A stretch of DNA of 37,016 nt from NCBI GenBank assembly GCA_024137785.1, contig JAHRHZ010000130.1:1337520-1374535 (forward strand), read 5' to 3'. This DNA comes from Ginglymostoma cirratum. Taxonomy: Eukaryota. The position numbers and the translations under genes were made by a program. The notes under the pieces are model-generated. The model was not told where the DNA came from. It saw only the letters and a list, made by a program, of their open reading frames with translations, and did not search any database. Positions within the stretch are counted from its first letter, which is position 1, and every line of letters begins with the position of its first letter. Shown in pieces: positions 35,790 through 37,016 of this stretch.

Positions 35790-36290
35790 ACCAACCTAAA
35801 TAGGAACAGATGAAGCTCCTCAAGACTACTCCACCATTGAATATGATCCTGGCTGATCGATATTCCTCACGTCCACTTCACTGCCCTTTCCCCTTATTCT
35901 TGATTTCTCTACCGATCAATCTATCTCAACTATTGAAACTATCTCAACCTTAAATATTTCCATGGACTCTGCCCCCACAGCTCTCTGTGGTAAGGAATTC
36001 AAAAGACTCACAACCTCTGAGAGAAAATAAAATGCTCCACATCTCAGTCTTAAACTTATTCTGAGACTGTGCCCGTTGGTCGATAATCATCATCCCTGAG
36101 CCCATTCTGTCCAGTGTCCCAGAATGTTATACTCTTAGAAAGCAAAATCAAAGCCAATGGGATTGTAGTAATATACTGGTAAGTAATGTAAATTGCTTAG
36201 CAGAGAGGAAACGGGGAGTAGGAATAAATGAGGCTTCTTTTGGGATAGAAAATGCAAATAAATGGGGTGCCATAAGCAACGGGGCTTGTG
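35790..36290. mobile_element. CR1 remnants (minus-strand 3' tail, then plus-strand RT piece)
   Basis: ccacagctctctgtggtaaggaattcaaaagactcacaacctctgagag is the reverse complement of a CR1 3' region; aattgcttagcagagaggaaacggggagtagg...ggggtgcc resembles WLxxRxQRV...GVP. Confidence 0.5.
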
Positions 36291-36867
36291 CACCAGGGTT
36301 CACAAAACGGGTCAGTGAGGTTTACAAAACAGAAGTCATCTCAATTGATGCACGAGACAGAAAAAGAAACTGGCTCCATTAATTTATTGCTTTAATTTAT
36401 TTACTGCTGAATCTTGGCTATAGATTGAGTACTAAAGGTTTACAAACCACTAGGATAAATTATCTGAAATTTGAGAAAAACCTCAGGTAATGAATGGCCT
36501 AGCAGAAGAGAAATGACACCTCATGTTGCTGTTGGTCAACATTACAAAAGAGCTGCAGATAGGATGGGCCGACATTAAAATAATTGCATTATTTTGTATT
36601 AAAGACCAAGACATTCCCAAATTTCACTATAGCTTGGCTGAACTGTAGTTATCTTTAGAGAGACTGTTGACCAAATTCATTCATCTAGAAACGCAGTTTT
36701 AATAATGGAAAGAGCAATTGAGCCATTTGTCAACTACGAAGTTGTGAAAAGGTGCAAGAGAAAAAAAGAAATCTATTTCTGGGCGGTGTAAAAGTAACCT
36801 AAATGTACTATTCCCAATCCTTTAGTATGGGCACTAATTTACAATAAACAGACGTTATTGGCAGCAT

Positions 36868-37016
36868 AGATAAAAGGTACTGCAGATGCTGGAGAATCCG
36901 AGATAACAAGCATGGGGCTGGATGAACACAGCAGGTCAAGCAGCATCATAGGAGCAGGAAAACTTGACGTTTCGGGCCTAAACCCTTCATCAGAAATGGG
37001 GGAGGGGAAGAGGGTT
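36868..37016 (-). mobile_element. Penelope-derived element (family B), running off the window end
   Basis: Matches 21236-21361 and continues into a purine-rich tract. Confidence 0.8.
36963..36996 (-). ncRNA. Minimal type I hammerhead ribozyme motif with intact core
   Basis: Minus strand UUU-CUGAUGA-A-GGGU-UUAG-GCCC-GAAA-C-GUC-AAG: full catalytic consensus, 4-bp stem II, palindromic ACGU stem III, short stem I. Confidence 0.65.

Overview
Eukaryotic, AT-rich, repeat-rich genomic DNA from a cartilaginous fish (shark-type repeats and Ig sequence; species not determinable). The window holds one apparently intact, unrearranged immunoglobulin heavy-chain cluster on the + strand (about 16.5-34.2 kb): TATA promoter, split leader, V, J, four IgM constant exons (Cmu1-Cmu4 with secretory tail) and two transmembrane exons. 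All exons have in-phase GT/AG splice sites and no stops. The cluster is unusual in two ways. (1) No free D segment is visible: V carries a 23-spacer RSS and the J about 390 bp downstream carries a 12-spacer RSS, so it can rearrange in one V-to-J step like a light chain or TCR alpha/gamma, possibly because a D is already fused to J in the germline. (2) The V looks IgW-like rather than conventional IgM VH, although the constant region is IgM. The rest is decayed CR1, Tx1 and Penelope-like retroelements and tRNA-derived SINEs, plus several short TSD-flanked elements carrying minimal hammerhead ribozyme motifs. Family comparisons are from recalled consensus sequences, not database searches.
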